DNA of 64,000 nucleotides, taken from assembly GCA_965204375.1 (NCBI GenBank), contig OZ241986.1, positions 6,276,850 to 6,340,849 of the forward strand. Reading direction: 5' to 3'. Source of the stretch: Candidatus Latescibacterota bacterium. GTDB taxonomy: Bacteria > Latescibacterota > UBA2968. Positions 52,101 to 60,412 of the stretch are shown here, piece by piece. The notes beneath the pieces were generated by a model that was given only the letters and a program-made list of their open reading frames with translations, was not told the origin of the DNA and did no database searches. Both the position numbers and the translations under genes were made by a program. Positions within the stretch are counted from its first letter, which is position 1; every line of letters begins with the position of its first letter.

Positions 52101-52240
52101 TGGGCGGCAAGAAGTGGCTGAAGGTGGCACTGGAAATCAATGGACGTATCGGGAGTGTAAAAAATGTCAATGTGGCGCGGACGGCGGGGGTGCTGGAACG
52201 ATACAACCTCGACGAAGATCGGTACAAAAAAATAGCCCAT

Positions 52241-52328
52241 TAGGCACTGTGACGGGATTCGAACCCGCACACGAGCTCGGACAATTTTTCCGACCTCCGC
52301 TCTACCAGTTGAGACCTACACAGTGCCC
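52241..52328 (-). ncRNA. tRNA-like RNA (non-canonical, tRNA-Phe-like backbone)
   Basis: GGCACTGTG/CACAGTGCC acceptor, CTC-AACTGGTA-GAG D-arm, GCGGG-TTCGAAT-CCCGT T-arm, elongated anticodon-position arm, no CCA. Confidence 0.75.
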
Positions 52329-52342
52329 TGTGAGCTGTCAAA

Positions 52343-52371
52343 ATAATACAAAATTCTCCAAAAGAGCACAA
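52343..52371 (-). promoter_or_regulatory. Sigma-70 promoter for the tRNA-like RNA
   Basis: TTGTGC-17 nt-TATTAT, ending 14 nt upstream of the acceptor stem. Confidence 0.55.
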
Positions 52372-52411
52372 CCCAAATGTGGAGACGGTAGGAGTTTAAA
52401 AAACAAAAGCT

Positions 52412-52520
52412 GTTTCAATCCTTGTTCTACTGGAATACCTCTATTGAGAAGCGGCAGGGCTACAAGAAGGGCGAAGTAAAGGGGTTTCAATCCTTATTCT
52501 GGTGGAATGTCCTTATGAGG
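52412..52520 (-). CRISPR. Detached repeat-spacer-repeat unit with degenerate repeats
   Basis: Repeats at 52412-52448 and 52484-52520 with a 35-nt spacer. Confidence 0.85.
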
Positions 52521-52556
52521 CGTAGCGGCGGCTATCTCTGGTGTGTTATCGAATGA

Positions 52557-52700
52557 CTAAGGCGCAAAGAACTTTAGCACCACCAGAACGGCGACCAGCA
52601 CAATAAGAACGGTCAAACGCTTTTCGATCCTGCCCATGTGCTGGTTGAAATTATCCACTTCGCGCAGGCGTCTGATTCTCTCGCGGTCGTCTTTGTTCAT
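52557..52700 (-). CDS. 47-aa small membrane protein encoded between CRISPR repeats
   Basis: GGGAG RBS right after a repeat; MNKDDRERIRRLREVDNFNQHMGRIEKRLTVLIVLVAVLVVLKFFAP* (translated by hand). Confidence 0.65.
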   Translation of the reverse strand: MNKDDRERIRRLREVDNFNQHMGRIEKRLTVLIVLVAVLVVLKFFAP

Positions 52701-52713
52701 GGCGAATCTCCCA

Positions 52714-55700
52714 GTTTCAATCCTTGTTCTGGTGGAATACCTCTGAGAATATCAGGCAGTGGGCGCAGGAGCTTGGCGTCACTGTCGTTTCAATCCTTGT
52801 TCTGGTGGAATACCTCTGAGAATGAGATAGTGCGGGGCAGCCCCTCCAGGTCGCACTCCGTTTCAATCCTTGTTCTGGTGGAATACCTCTGAGAATTCCG
52901 CACGATCCTGTGTCCACATCTAAATAAGGAGGGTTTCAATCCTTGTTCTGGTGGAATACCTCTGAGAATTCCATTTTTAATCGCGATGCATGCAGCCAGA
53001 ATACCATGTTTCAATCCTTGTTGTGGTGGAATACCTCTATTGAGCCGTATTGCCCTGTTTGCTTGCCTTACGCGCATGCTGTTTCAATCCTTGTTGTGGT
53101 GGAATACCTCTATTGAGTGGATATTGCTGGTAGAGAGCTTGCACATCATCTTGTTTCAATCCTTGTTGTGGTGGAATACCTCTATTGAGACAGACGGGAG
53201 AGTAGAGGAATTTCCCCATGATGTGTTGCAGTTTCAATCCTTGTTGTGGTGGAATACCTCTATTGAGGGCGCCGGCAGTAGTCTTTTGTTTCTTTTTACC
53301 GGGTTTCAATCCTTGTTGTGGTGGAATACCTCTATTGAGCATTGCTCCATGCGTCGGAACCCGTCAATTTATCGGCACGTTTCAATCCTTGTTGTGGTGG
53401 AATACCTCTATTGAGTAACAAGCTCCAGCTGGAGTGGAAACAAGTTAAGGGTTTCAATCCTTGTTGTGGTGGAATACCTCTATTGAGGCAAGCTGGCCAG
53501 CGGCGGAAGCACCAGCAGCGAGTTTCAATCCTTGTTGTGGTGGAATACCTCTATTGAGGCGTGGGCGAACTCGACGAGAAAACGACAGAGCAGGAAGGTT
53601 TCAATCCTTGTTGTGGTGGAATACCTCTATTGAGTCATATCAACGGATCCTTCCAGAGCTACCACAGGCAAGTTTCAATCCTTGTTGTGGTGGAATACCT
53701 CTGAGAAGATGGGTCGTCTTTCGCCACGCGCCACAGGTTGTTATGTTTCAATCCTTGTTGTGGTGGAATACCTCTGAGAAGATCATCTGAGTCAACATAA
53801 ACATCGAGACAAAACCCGGTTTCAATCCTTGTTGTGGTGGAATACCTCTGAGAAGTTTCCGATAATAGTGCGGATATTCTGCGCCCTTGCAGTTTCAATC
53901 CTTGTTGTGGTGGAATACCTCTGAGAAGCACGTCACTAATCGTTTTTGTGATAAGACCGATATAGTTGTTTCAATCCTTGTTGTGGTGGAATACCTCTGA
54001 GAAGGCTTTGTTTCGCTTGCTGTGTAACGGAACAGGTATTGTTTCAATCCTTGTTGTGGTGGAATACCTCTGAGAAGCGTATGCGACAAGACATCTATAC
54101 GCGCCGTGACCGGTTTCAATCCTTGTTGTGGTGGAATACCTCTGAGAAGGAAACCCACCACACCAAGCCCATCACTCTTTCCATGTTTCAATCCTTGTTG
54201 TGGTGGAATACCTCTGAGAAGGGGGTGAAAGACTACATCACCGTCACTCATGCTCTTGTTTCAATCCTTGTTGTGGTGGAATACCTCTGAGAAGTCACCC
54301 GTTGGTGACAATAAATTTCGATGATGATGCAGTTTCAATCCTTGTTGTGGTGGAATACCTCTGAGAAGTGATGTAGTGGATGTAGTTGCACTCGGCGACT
54401 GCACGTTTCAATCCTTGTTGTGGTGGAATACCTCTGAGAAGATAGACATCGTTGGCTACATCATAATAATACCTCGCAGCGTTTCAATCCTTGTTGTGGT
54501 GGAATACCTCTGAGAAGCCAAGAGCGTCGGCGGCAGCCTGAGGAGGCCACTATGGTTTCAATCCTTGTTGTGGTGGAATACCTCTGAGAAGTGGATCCAC
54601 CACCCCATTTCGGGACCCACCCATCACGGGTTTCAATCCTTGTTGTGGTGGAATACCTCTGAGAAGTGCAGATGCGTTGCCGCCGTCCACGATGTACCGT
54701 CCGTTTCAATCCTTGTTGTGGTGGAATACCTCTGAGAAGTTACCGAAACGGTAGAGGGCAGGTCGGGTTTTTAATGTTTCAATCCTTGTTGTGGTGGAAT
54801 ACCTCTGAGAAGGGAAGGAATACCAAAAGCACTGGTAAGCCGACGGCGTTTCAATCCTTGTTGTGGTGGAATACCTCTGAGAAGAATACGAATACCTGTA
54901 CGCTCCTCAAATTCAACAGGTTTCAATCCTTGTTGTGGTGGAATACCTCTGAGAAGCGAGCCCACTGACCATAAGGCATATACGCATCATCGTTTCAATC
55001 CTTGTTGTGGTGGAATACCTCTGAGAAGAAGGTGAAGCCCCAGCCTTACCGTTCTTCTGATTGGTTTGCTGTTTCAATCCTTGTTGTGGTGGAATACCTC
55101 TGAGAAGTTTAGCGAAGCTGGTGTTATTATGATATTTATGATGTTTCAATCCTTGTTGTGGTGGAATACCTCTGAGAAGCAAGACCATTTTGACCGCTGG
55201 TGCTGCTCCGGCTGCGTTTCAATCCTTGTTGTGGTGGAATACCTCTGAGAAGATGGTGGGTGTTGCTCGCGCTAGGTATGGTCTCGACGCTGTTTCAATC
55301 CTTGTTGTGGTGGAATACCTCTGAGAAGCACCGGCCATTTTAAGATTCTCCTACATGAGAACCAGGTTTCAATCCTTGTTGTGGTGGAATACCTCTGAGA
55401 AGTCCCAAGAGATATGGACGCTGACGGACCTCGGGAGGTTTCAATCCTTGTTGTGGTGGAATACCTCTGAGAAGCGTGTGCTACCTACGGTCTCCATCGT
55501 CGCGAGCGTCGGAAGTTTCAATCCTTGTTGTGGTGGAATACCTCTGAGAAGTGAAGTGATGGACGATGCGCAGATCATATTTAACCTCGAGTTTCAATCC
55601 TTGTTGTGGTGGAATACCTCTGAGAAGAAGCTCGGTGCCTGCGCCCAGGTGGTTTATCCCTGTTTCAATCCTTGTTGTGGTGGAATACCTCTGAGAAGCC

Positions 55701-57022
55701 AAAGCAACCATCCAGCAGGCGAGCAGAATGATTACACACGGTTTCAATCCTTGTTGTGGTGGAATACCTCTGAGAAGCAAAAACGAATATGTCAACTTTT
55801 GGATCCATCTGGTTTCAATCCTTGTTGTGGTGGAATACCTCTGAGAAGCACAAGGGTATTCGTATCACCAGGCGCACCACCTTGTTTCAATCCTTGTTGT
55901 GGTGGAATACCTCTGAGAAGCCAGATCGTCCTGTTCGGGCGTGTACATTGTGATAGTTTCAATCCTTGTTGTGGTGGAATACCTCTGAGAAGCAAGACGA
56001 GGAAGCCTTTTCGCGCGATATGCTACACGGTTTCAATCCTTGTTGTGGTGGAATACCTCTGAGAAGATTGACTGAAGGGTTGCCTTTCAGGATGTACGGC
56101 GGTTTCAATCCTTGTTGTGGTGGAATACCTCTGAGAAGAGTGAAGGGCGCAAAGGATAATAGCACCGCACACACGTTTCAATCCTTGTTGTGGTGGAATA
56201 CCTCTGAGAAGCGCTTAGAAATGGTCGTCGCGTGATCGCGCTGGCAGCGTTTCAATCCTTGTTGTGGTGGAATACCTCTGAGAAGTGGTTTTGGAGAATT
56301 TTTATAGGAGAATTGTAATGAAGTTTCAATCCTTGTTGTGGTGGAATACCTCTGAGAAGTATATGCAGAAGGCCAGGAATCCACCCCACCACCCAAGTTT
56401 CAATCCTTGTTGTGGTGGAATACCTCTGAGAAGTTCGCGCAGGACCTCCAGGCGCTCGCCAGGATCGTGTTTCAATCCTTGTTGTGGTGGAATACCTCTG
56501 AGAAGAATAGATTTCGGATCTGCAAAAACTTCTGGATTGTCGTTTCAATCCTTGTTGTGGTGGAATACCTCTGAGAAGAAAACCAGTCCACGAATAGCAT
56601 GCTGGCGACGCATCTGTTTCAATCCTTGTTGTGGTGGAATACCTCTGAGAAGGAAGATGAGGAGGACGTGCTTCGCGCGTACGGGAATCTGTTTCAATCC
56701 TTGTTGTGGTGGAATACCTCTGAGAAGCTCTTGCGTGATCTGTAAGATGCGGGCTAATCGCTGTTTCAATCCTTGTTGTGGTGGAATACCTCTGAGAAGA
56801 CTCGTTTTCGTGGACGCACAAAAAAAGCCCCAGCAGTGTTTCAATCCTTGTTGTGGTGGAATACCTCTGAGAAGTTGAGGTACGACTTTGCTTTTTTCAT
56901 AATCTTACCCCCGTTTCAATCCTTGTTGTGGTGGAATACCTCTGAGAAGCCGCGGATTTCGGGCGGACTTTCACGTATCGCTATGGTTTCAATCCTTGTT
57001 GTGGTGGAATACCTCTGAGAAG
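52714..57022 (-). CRISPR. CRISPR array, 59 repeats of 37 bp / 58 spacers (hand count)
   Basis: Consensus on minus strand CTTCTCAGAGGTATTCCACCACAACAAGGATTGAAAC (ATTGAAAC 3' end); spacers ~34-42 nt; three repeat-variant blocks. Confidence 0.98.
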
Positions 57023-57193
57023 CGCATTTTATGTATATCGTTTGAAACAACAACAGGTTACGCGAATTGACTGACGGACAAAATCTCGGTTTGATATGTC
57101 TTTTTTACTTCTAAACGCAGACATTTTGCTCTCCTTTGCAGAATGGAATTTTTCCAACGTATTGATTTTCAATGGATTACACCATTGTTGTTC
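57023..57193 (-). promoter_or_regulatory. CRISPR leader
   Basis: AT-rich non-coding region between cas4 and the first conserved repeat. Confidence 0.75.
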
Positions 57194-57790
57194 TTATACG
57201 CAAATATTTTTATAGCAACAGTCACTACACTTGGCGCGGTGAGGTGTTTTTTTGGGCAGTCGCCCGGTTTGAATAATGTCGAGAATTTCAGCCACAATTT
57301 GTTGTGCGGTGATTTCTTCTGCCTCTCCTATCGGAACTTCTGCCAGGCGACTTCCACCGCGAATATATGCAATATATCCACGGGACACGGACTTTTGATA
57401 GGCTTCGCGAGCCAGCAGCCCGTAGAGTATGATTTGAATGCGATGGGTTTTGAAAGCGTGCTCGCGATAGGGTGAATATTTGTAATCCAGAGGCGCGAGA
57501 CTGCCATCTTGCAGGGTCAAGACTTCATCTACAATCCCACGCACACCCAGGCTGGGCGATGCCAGGTACACATTGAGGTCGCGATCAACAACGCCGATTT
57601 TTTTGCGAAGATAAAATCGGTTCTCTTTTTCCCGGCGTTTGTGAACTTCGCGGCCTTTGAGTACTTTGAAGCGGCGATCTTCAAACTGCGGGATATTGAG
57701 CACATTCATATAGTAGGTAAAACGCGGACAATAGATATGCTCAATCACCTCCGATGGCGTGATCATGATGGTTGTTTCGGTATCGCTCAC
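57194..57790 (-). CDS. cas4: CRISPR-associated exonuclease Cas4
   Basis: YCPR, GIVDEV, PLDYK, QIILYG, C-terminal CSDCCYKNIC. Confidence 0.93.
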   Translation of the reverse strand: MSDTETTIMITPSEVIEHIYCPRFTYYMNVLNIPQFEDRRFKVLKGREVHKRREKENRFYLRKKIGVVDRDLNVYLASPSLGVRGIVDEVLTLQDGSLAPLDYKYSPYREHAFKTHRIQIILYGLLAREAYQKSVSRGYIAYIRGGSRLAEVPIGEAEEITAQQIVAEILDIIQTGRLPKKTPHRAKCSDCCYKNICV

Positions 57791-58092
57791 AGGAACATGC
57801 TCCTCACGTCATCCGTAACCATTTTCTGGTCAAATGCCTGGCCCTGCAGGATCACTTTGCGAAAATCCATCATGCACATGGGAAAGATGTACACGCTGTC
57901 GGTTTCCTCATCAATCTGGTCTTCAATACGCATTGAAAGTTCGTCCAGGCGGTTGTGTTTGACCGTGCCGAGAAAGACGGATTTTTGAACGCGATAAAGT
58001 CCAGCTTCTTTACAGGCTTTGACCACATGTCGGCGGCTTTTGTCGTTAGAAATGTCGTAGAGTATCCAGGTGAGCGATTCATCGGATTTCAT
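57787..58092 (-). CDS. cas2: CRISPR-associated Cas2
   Basis: ILYDISNDKSR, RVQKSVFLG, DSVYIFP. Confidence 0.93.
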   Translation of the reverse strand: MKSDESLTWILYDISNDKSRRHVVKACKEAGLYRVQKSVFLGTVKHNRLDELSMRIEDQIDEETDSVYIFPMCMMDFRKVILQGQAFDQKMVTDDVRSMFL

Positions 58093-58099
58093 GGGCTTG

Positions 58100-59113
58100 T
58101 TACTCCTGTTGTGTGTCTTGTGGCAGCAGGTCATTTGCGATGCGGTGCAGATCGAATTGGATGCTGTCTCGCCGCGTGATGTTGCGCCCTCGATAGCGAA
58201 TGGCTGTGTCGAGATAGTCGGTAAATGCCTGGATGAGTATGGCTTTGCCCTCTTTGTTCAGGGTGAGGCCATTTTTTAATTTGTCGAATTGGTCTTGTTT
58301 AATTTTTCGCGCTGAAAAGAGGCCGAGAACGGTTTCGTCAGCCCAGATGCGATATTGTTCGATGAGATCAAAAATGAGAGAAGGTTTGTTGTAGTGATCG
58401 GTGTGGATAAAGCCGATGTAGGGATCGAGTCCCGAGAGCAAACAGGCGCGTTCAACGATGCCGTAAAGCATGCCGTAGCTGTAATTGAGCAGACAGTTGA
58501 AAGGGTCTTTGCCCGGGTTGCGGCTGCGACCTTCAAAGCGGTGATGGACGGGTAATAGCAGGGATACCGCCGCCCAATAGGTGCGCCCAGCGCGACCTTC
58601 AAGACCGAGCAAGCTCTGGCGCATGGTGTCGATACTGCTTGTCTCCGTATCAGCACATGTATTGCTTGCGAGGTCCTGCGTTTGCTCTTTGAGGGTTTTT
58701 AGACTGCCAATGGCTTCGGTAAGTGGTGCTGAAAGCCGCGTGCGACGGTCGCGCATGCGCGTGAGCAATGCAATCTGATTGTCGAATTTGCGCCCGATCC
58801 AGCCGAGGGCGAGTTGAACGCCGAGGTCGGTTTGCGCTGCTGCGAGTTGCATGCGGCGAATGGCTGTTGTAGAACCCGGTCGTCCGTGCCATACGCGCCC
58901 AAAGGGGTCGCCGTATTTGTCGAGAAAGAGGATGTCGATATTCTTCTCCACGGCAAGTTGAACCGCATCTGACGAAAACGCGGCTCCCGTTGAGATGAGA
59001 ATAGAGCGCACTTTGCGAGCGGAAATTTCAGTCGATTGGTCCTTCACTTTGATCTGAAACAATTCTCCCCGCCGACTCAAATATGCGCCATAAGTGTTGA
59101 GTACGAGTTGCAA
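58100..59113 (-). CDS. cas1: CRISPR-associated Cas1
   Basis: AGGAG RBS + TTG start; LEGRAGRTYW, NCLLNYSYGMLY, GLDPYIGFIH, LIFDLIEQYR. Confidence 0.95.
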   Translation of the reverse strand: MQLVLNTYGAYLSRRGELFQIKVKDQSTEISARKVRSILISTGAAFSSDAVQLAVEKNIDILFLDKYGDPFGRVWHGRPGSTTAIRRMQLAAAQTDLGVQLALGWIGRKFDNQIALLTRMRDRRTRLSAPLTEAIGSLKTLKEQTQDLASNTCADTETSSIDTMRQSLLGLEGRAGRTYWAAVSLLLPVHHRFEGRSRNPGKDPFNCLLNYSYGMLYGIVERACLLSGLDPYIGFIHTDHYNKPSLIFDLIEQYRIWADETVLGLFSARKIKQDQFDKLKNGLTLNKEGKAILIQAFTDYLDTAIRYRGRNITRRDSIQFDLHRIANDLLPQDTQQE

Positions 59114-59197
59114 AATGTTCTCCTGGGGATAATACCGAAGCACACCTGTTCATCACAAGCGTTCACAAAACAAATTTGATGGTGTAAAACTTGAAAC

Positions 59198-59225
59198 TTG
59201 ACATTTTTATGGTATTGGTTATAAT
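59198..59225 (+). promoter_or_regulatory. Consensus sigma-70 promoter, antisense to the cas operon
   Basis: TTGACA-16 nt-TATAAT, both hexamers perfect. Confidence 0.8.
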
Positions 59226-60154
59226 AGAATTGCCAGCGGACGAAATTCGGCTCCATAGCCGTGTGATTGCCGGGCTGCGGTTCGCGTAATCCTATATCCC
59301 TGGCTTTTTTCATTTTCTCGCCACACCAAAGCCGCTGCATTGAGCGGCTTTTTTTGTGTGTAATACACGCCATAGCCTGCCTCTCGTCTGTCATCGATAT
59401 CGTGTACGATCCGAAAAGCCCGCCACAGATACTTCACATACCGATCTTCTCCGCGTTCATAGAGCCTTTGTAAAGCCCAGACGAAATAATCCACAGCTTG
59501 TAAACCACCTTGCTCTTGCGGGGTTGACACAGATACTTTTAAGACCCCATCGCCTTCCGCGTTCTGTTGTTTGACAAAACGGTCTTGGGCAGTTTCAAGT
59601 GCCTGACGCAGGGCAGCAGTGCGGTTTGATCGACCTCGTTTTGAAAAGATAATATTATATCTACTGTTCTGATGTAGTCTTTCTTTGAACAGACGCCCTA
59701 TCAGATAATCGTAAAGTTCATTGGGGTGATAGCGATAGGCAGGAGTGCTTTCATTGCGTTGGCGAACATAGTCCAGTACGCGCCACTTGTCAGCAACCAC
59801 AGCAAAGAAGCGCAATCCTTCAGTGTCGCGTAAAATCCGGAAAACATCTCGTCGCACTTCGGGCAAATCGTCTTTGGCATGAAAGGCAATAGCTGTTTTT
59901 CGGACCTTTGCTTGCATGGATGGCACATCTTTGAAATATGAATCGTTCACCAGCCGCCCCCTCAGGTTGTCTAAGGCATGGTGTAATGTAGCTGGATCAG
60001 GCACATCCAATAGGCCGAGTATGAAAAATCGAGAACACCCTGACGTGCCGATCAGGACCTTTCCTTTGCTGGAGAACAACGTGCTATCTCCGCCTTCATC
60101 TATAAAATAGTAACGGATTGAAGTCTGTTTCTTTTGCAACGGCTTATTCTCCAT
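59219..60154 (-). CDS. DUF3800 domain protein (RNase H-like acidic motifs)
   Basis: YFIDEGGD, FFILG, FHAKDD, GLQAVDYFVWAL. Confidence 0.8.
   Translation of the reverse strand: MENKPLQKKQTSIRYYFIDEGGDSTLFSSKGKVLIGTSGCSRFFILGLLDVPDPATLHHALDNLRGRLVNDSYFKDVPSMQAKVRKTAIAFHAKDDLPEVRRDVFRILRDTEGLRFFAVVADKWRVLDYVRQRNESTPAYRYHPNELYDYLIGRLFKERLHQNSRYNIIFSKRGRSNRTAALRQALETAQDRFVKQQNAEGDGVLKVSVSTPQEQGGLQAVDYFVWALQRLYERGEDRYVKYLWRAFRIVHDIDDRREAGYGVYYTQKKPLNAAALVWRENEKSQGYRITRTAARQSHGYGAEFRPLAILL
59232..59310 (+). ncRNA. Structured small RNA, candidate DUF3800-associated RNA
   Basis: Starts 7 nt after TATAAT; 5' GCCAG pairs with 3' CTGGC, followed by T6; two internal hairpins. Confidence 0.7.
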
Positions 60155-60207
60155 AAAACGCCCTGTTCAGTACTTTGTCTCTCTCACTGACATAAAAGCC
60201 CTCGCTG

Positions 60208-60288
60208 TCAATTTCCCCTCATCTTAACCTGAAACAATTCCCCTCGCCGACTCAAATACGCGCCGTAAGTGTTGAGCACGAGTTGCAT
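60208..60288 (-). pseudogene. cas1 5' stub (26 aa)
   Basis: MQLVLNTYGAYLSRRGELFQVKMRGN* duplicates the cas1 N-terminus. Confidence 0.85.
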
Positions 60289-60293
60289 TTTAT

Positions 60294-60325
60294 GTTTAGT
60301 CCTTGTTCTGTTGGAGTGCCTTTTT
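60294..60325 (-). repeat. Degenerate array-type repeat overlapping the cas1-stub RBS
   Basis: + strand GTTTAGTCCTTGTTCTGTTGGAGTGCCT vs array GTTTCAATCCTTGTTCTGGTGGAATACCT. Confidence 0.7.
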
Positions 60326-60335
60326 AAAGGCCGTC

Positions 60336-60364
60336 TTGCTCTCCACACACGTGGGGATGAACCG
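60336..60364 (+). repeat. Solitary type I-E-like CRISPR repeat
   Basis: TTGCTCTCCACACACGTGGGGATGAACCG, 29 nt, with I-E hairpin and ATGAACCG 3' end. Confidence 0.7.
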
Positions 60365-60412
60365 AGTTTCCATCCTTATTTTTTTGGAGCAATTCTCGAT
60401 ATAGAAGTGACA

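Noticed and set aside
52241-52328. Annotation as a functional canonical tRNA
   Set aside because: Over-long acceptor and anticodon stems, no U33, no CCA; reported as tRNA-like ncRNA instead
52412-52713. Classical CreTA module
   Set aside because: No start codon followed directly by tandem rare codons and a stop, and no visible guide match to a nearby promoter; only the general logic is similar
52970-52984. Spacer similarity (14/15) to the region upstream of the sigma fusion (~34183-34197)
   Set aside because: Short, AT-rich and at the PAM-distal end of the crRNA
56289-56302. 14-nt match (TTTTGGAGAATTTT) between a spacer and the tRNA-like RNA promoter region
   Set aside because: About one such match is expected by chance for ~2 kb of spacers against 128 kb; flanks do not match. 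A full self-targeting search was not possible by eye
52638-57018. Many ORFs within the CRISPR array (FQSLLWWNTSE / LLRGIPPQQGLK repeats)
   Set aside because: Translation artefacts of the 37-bp repeat
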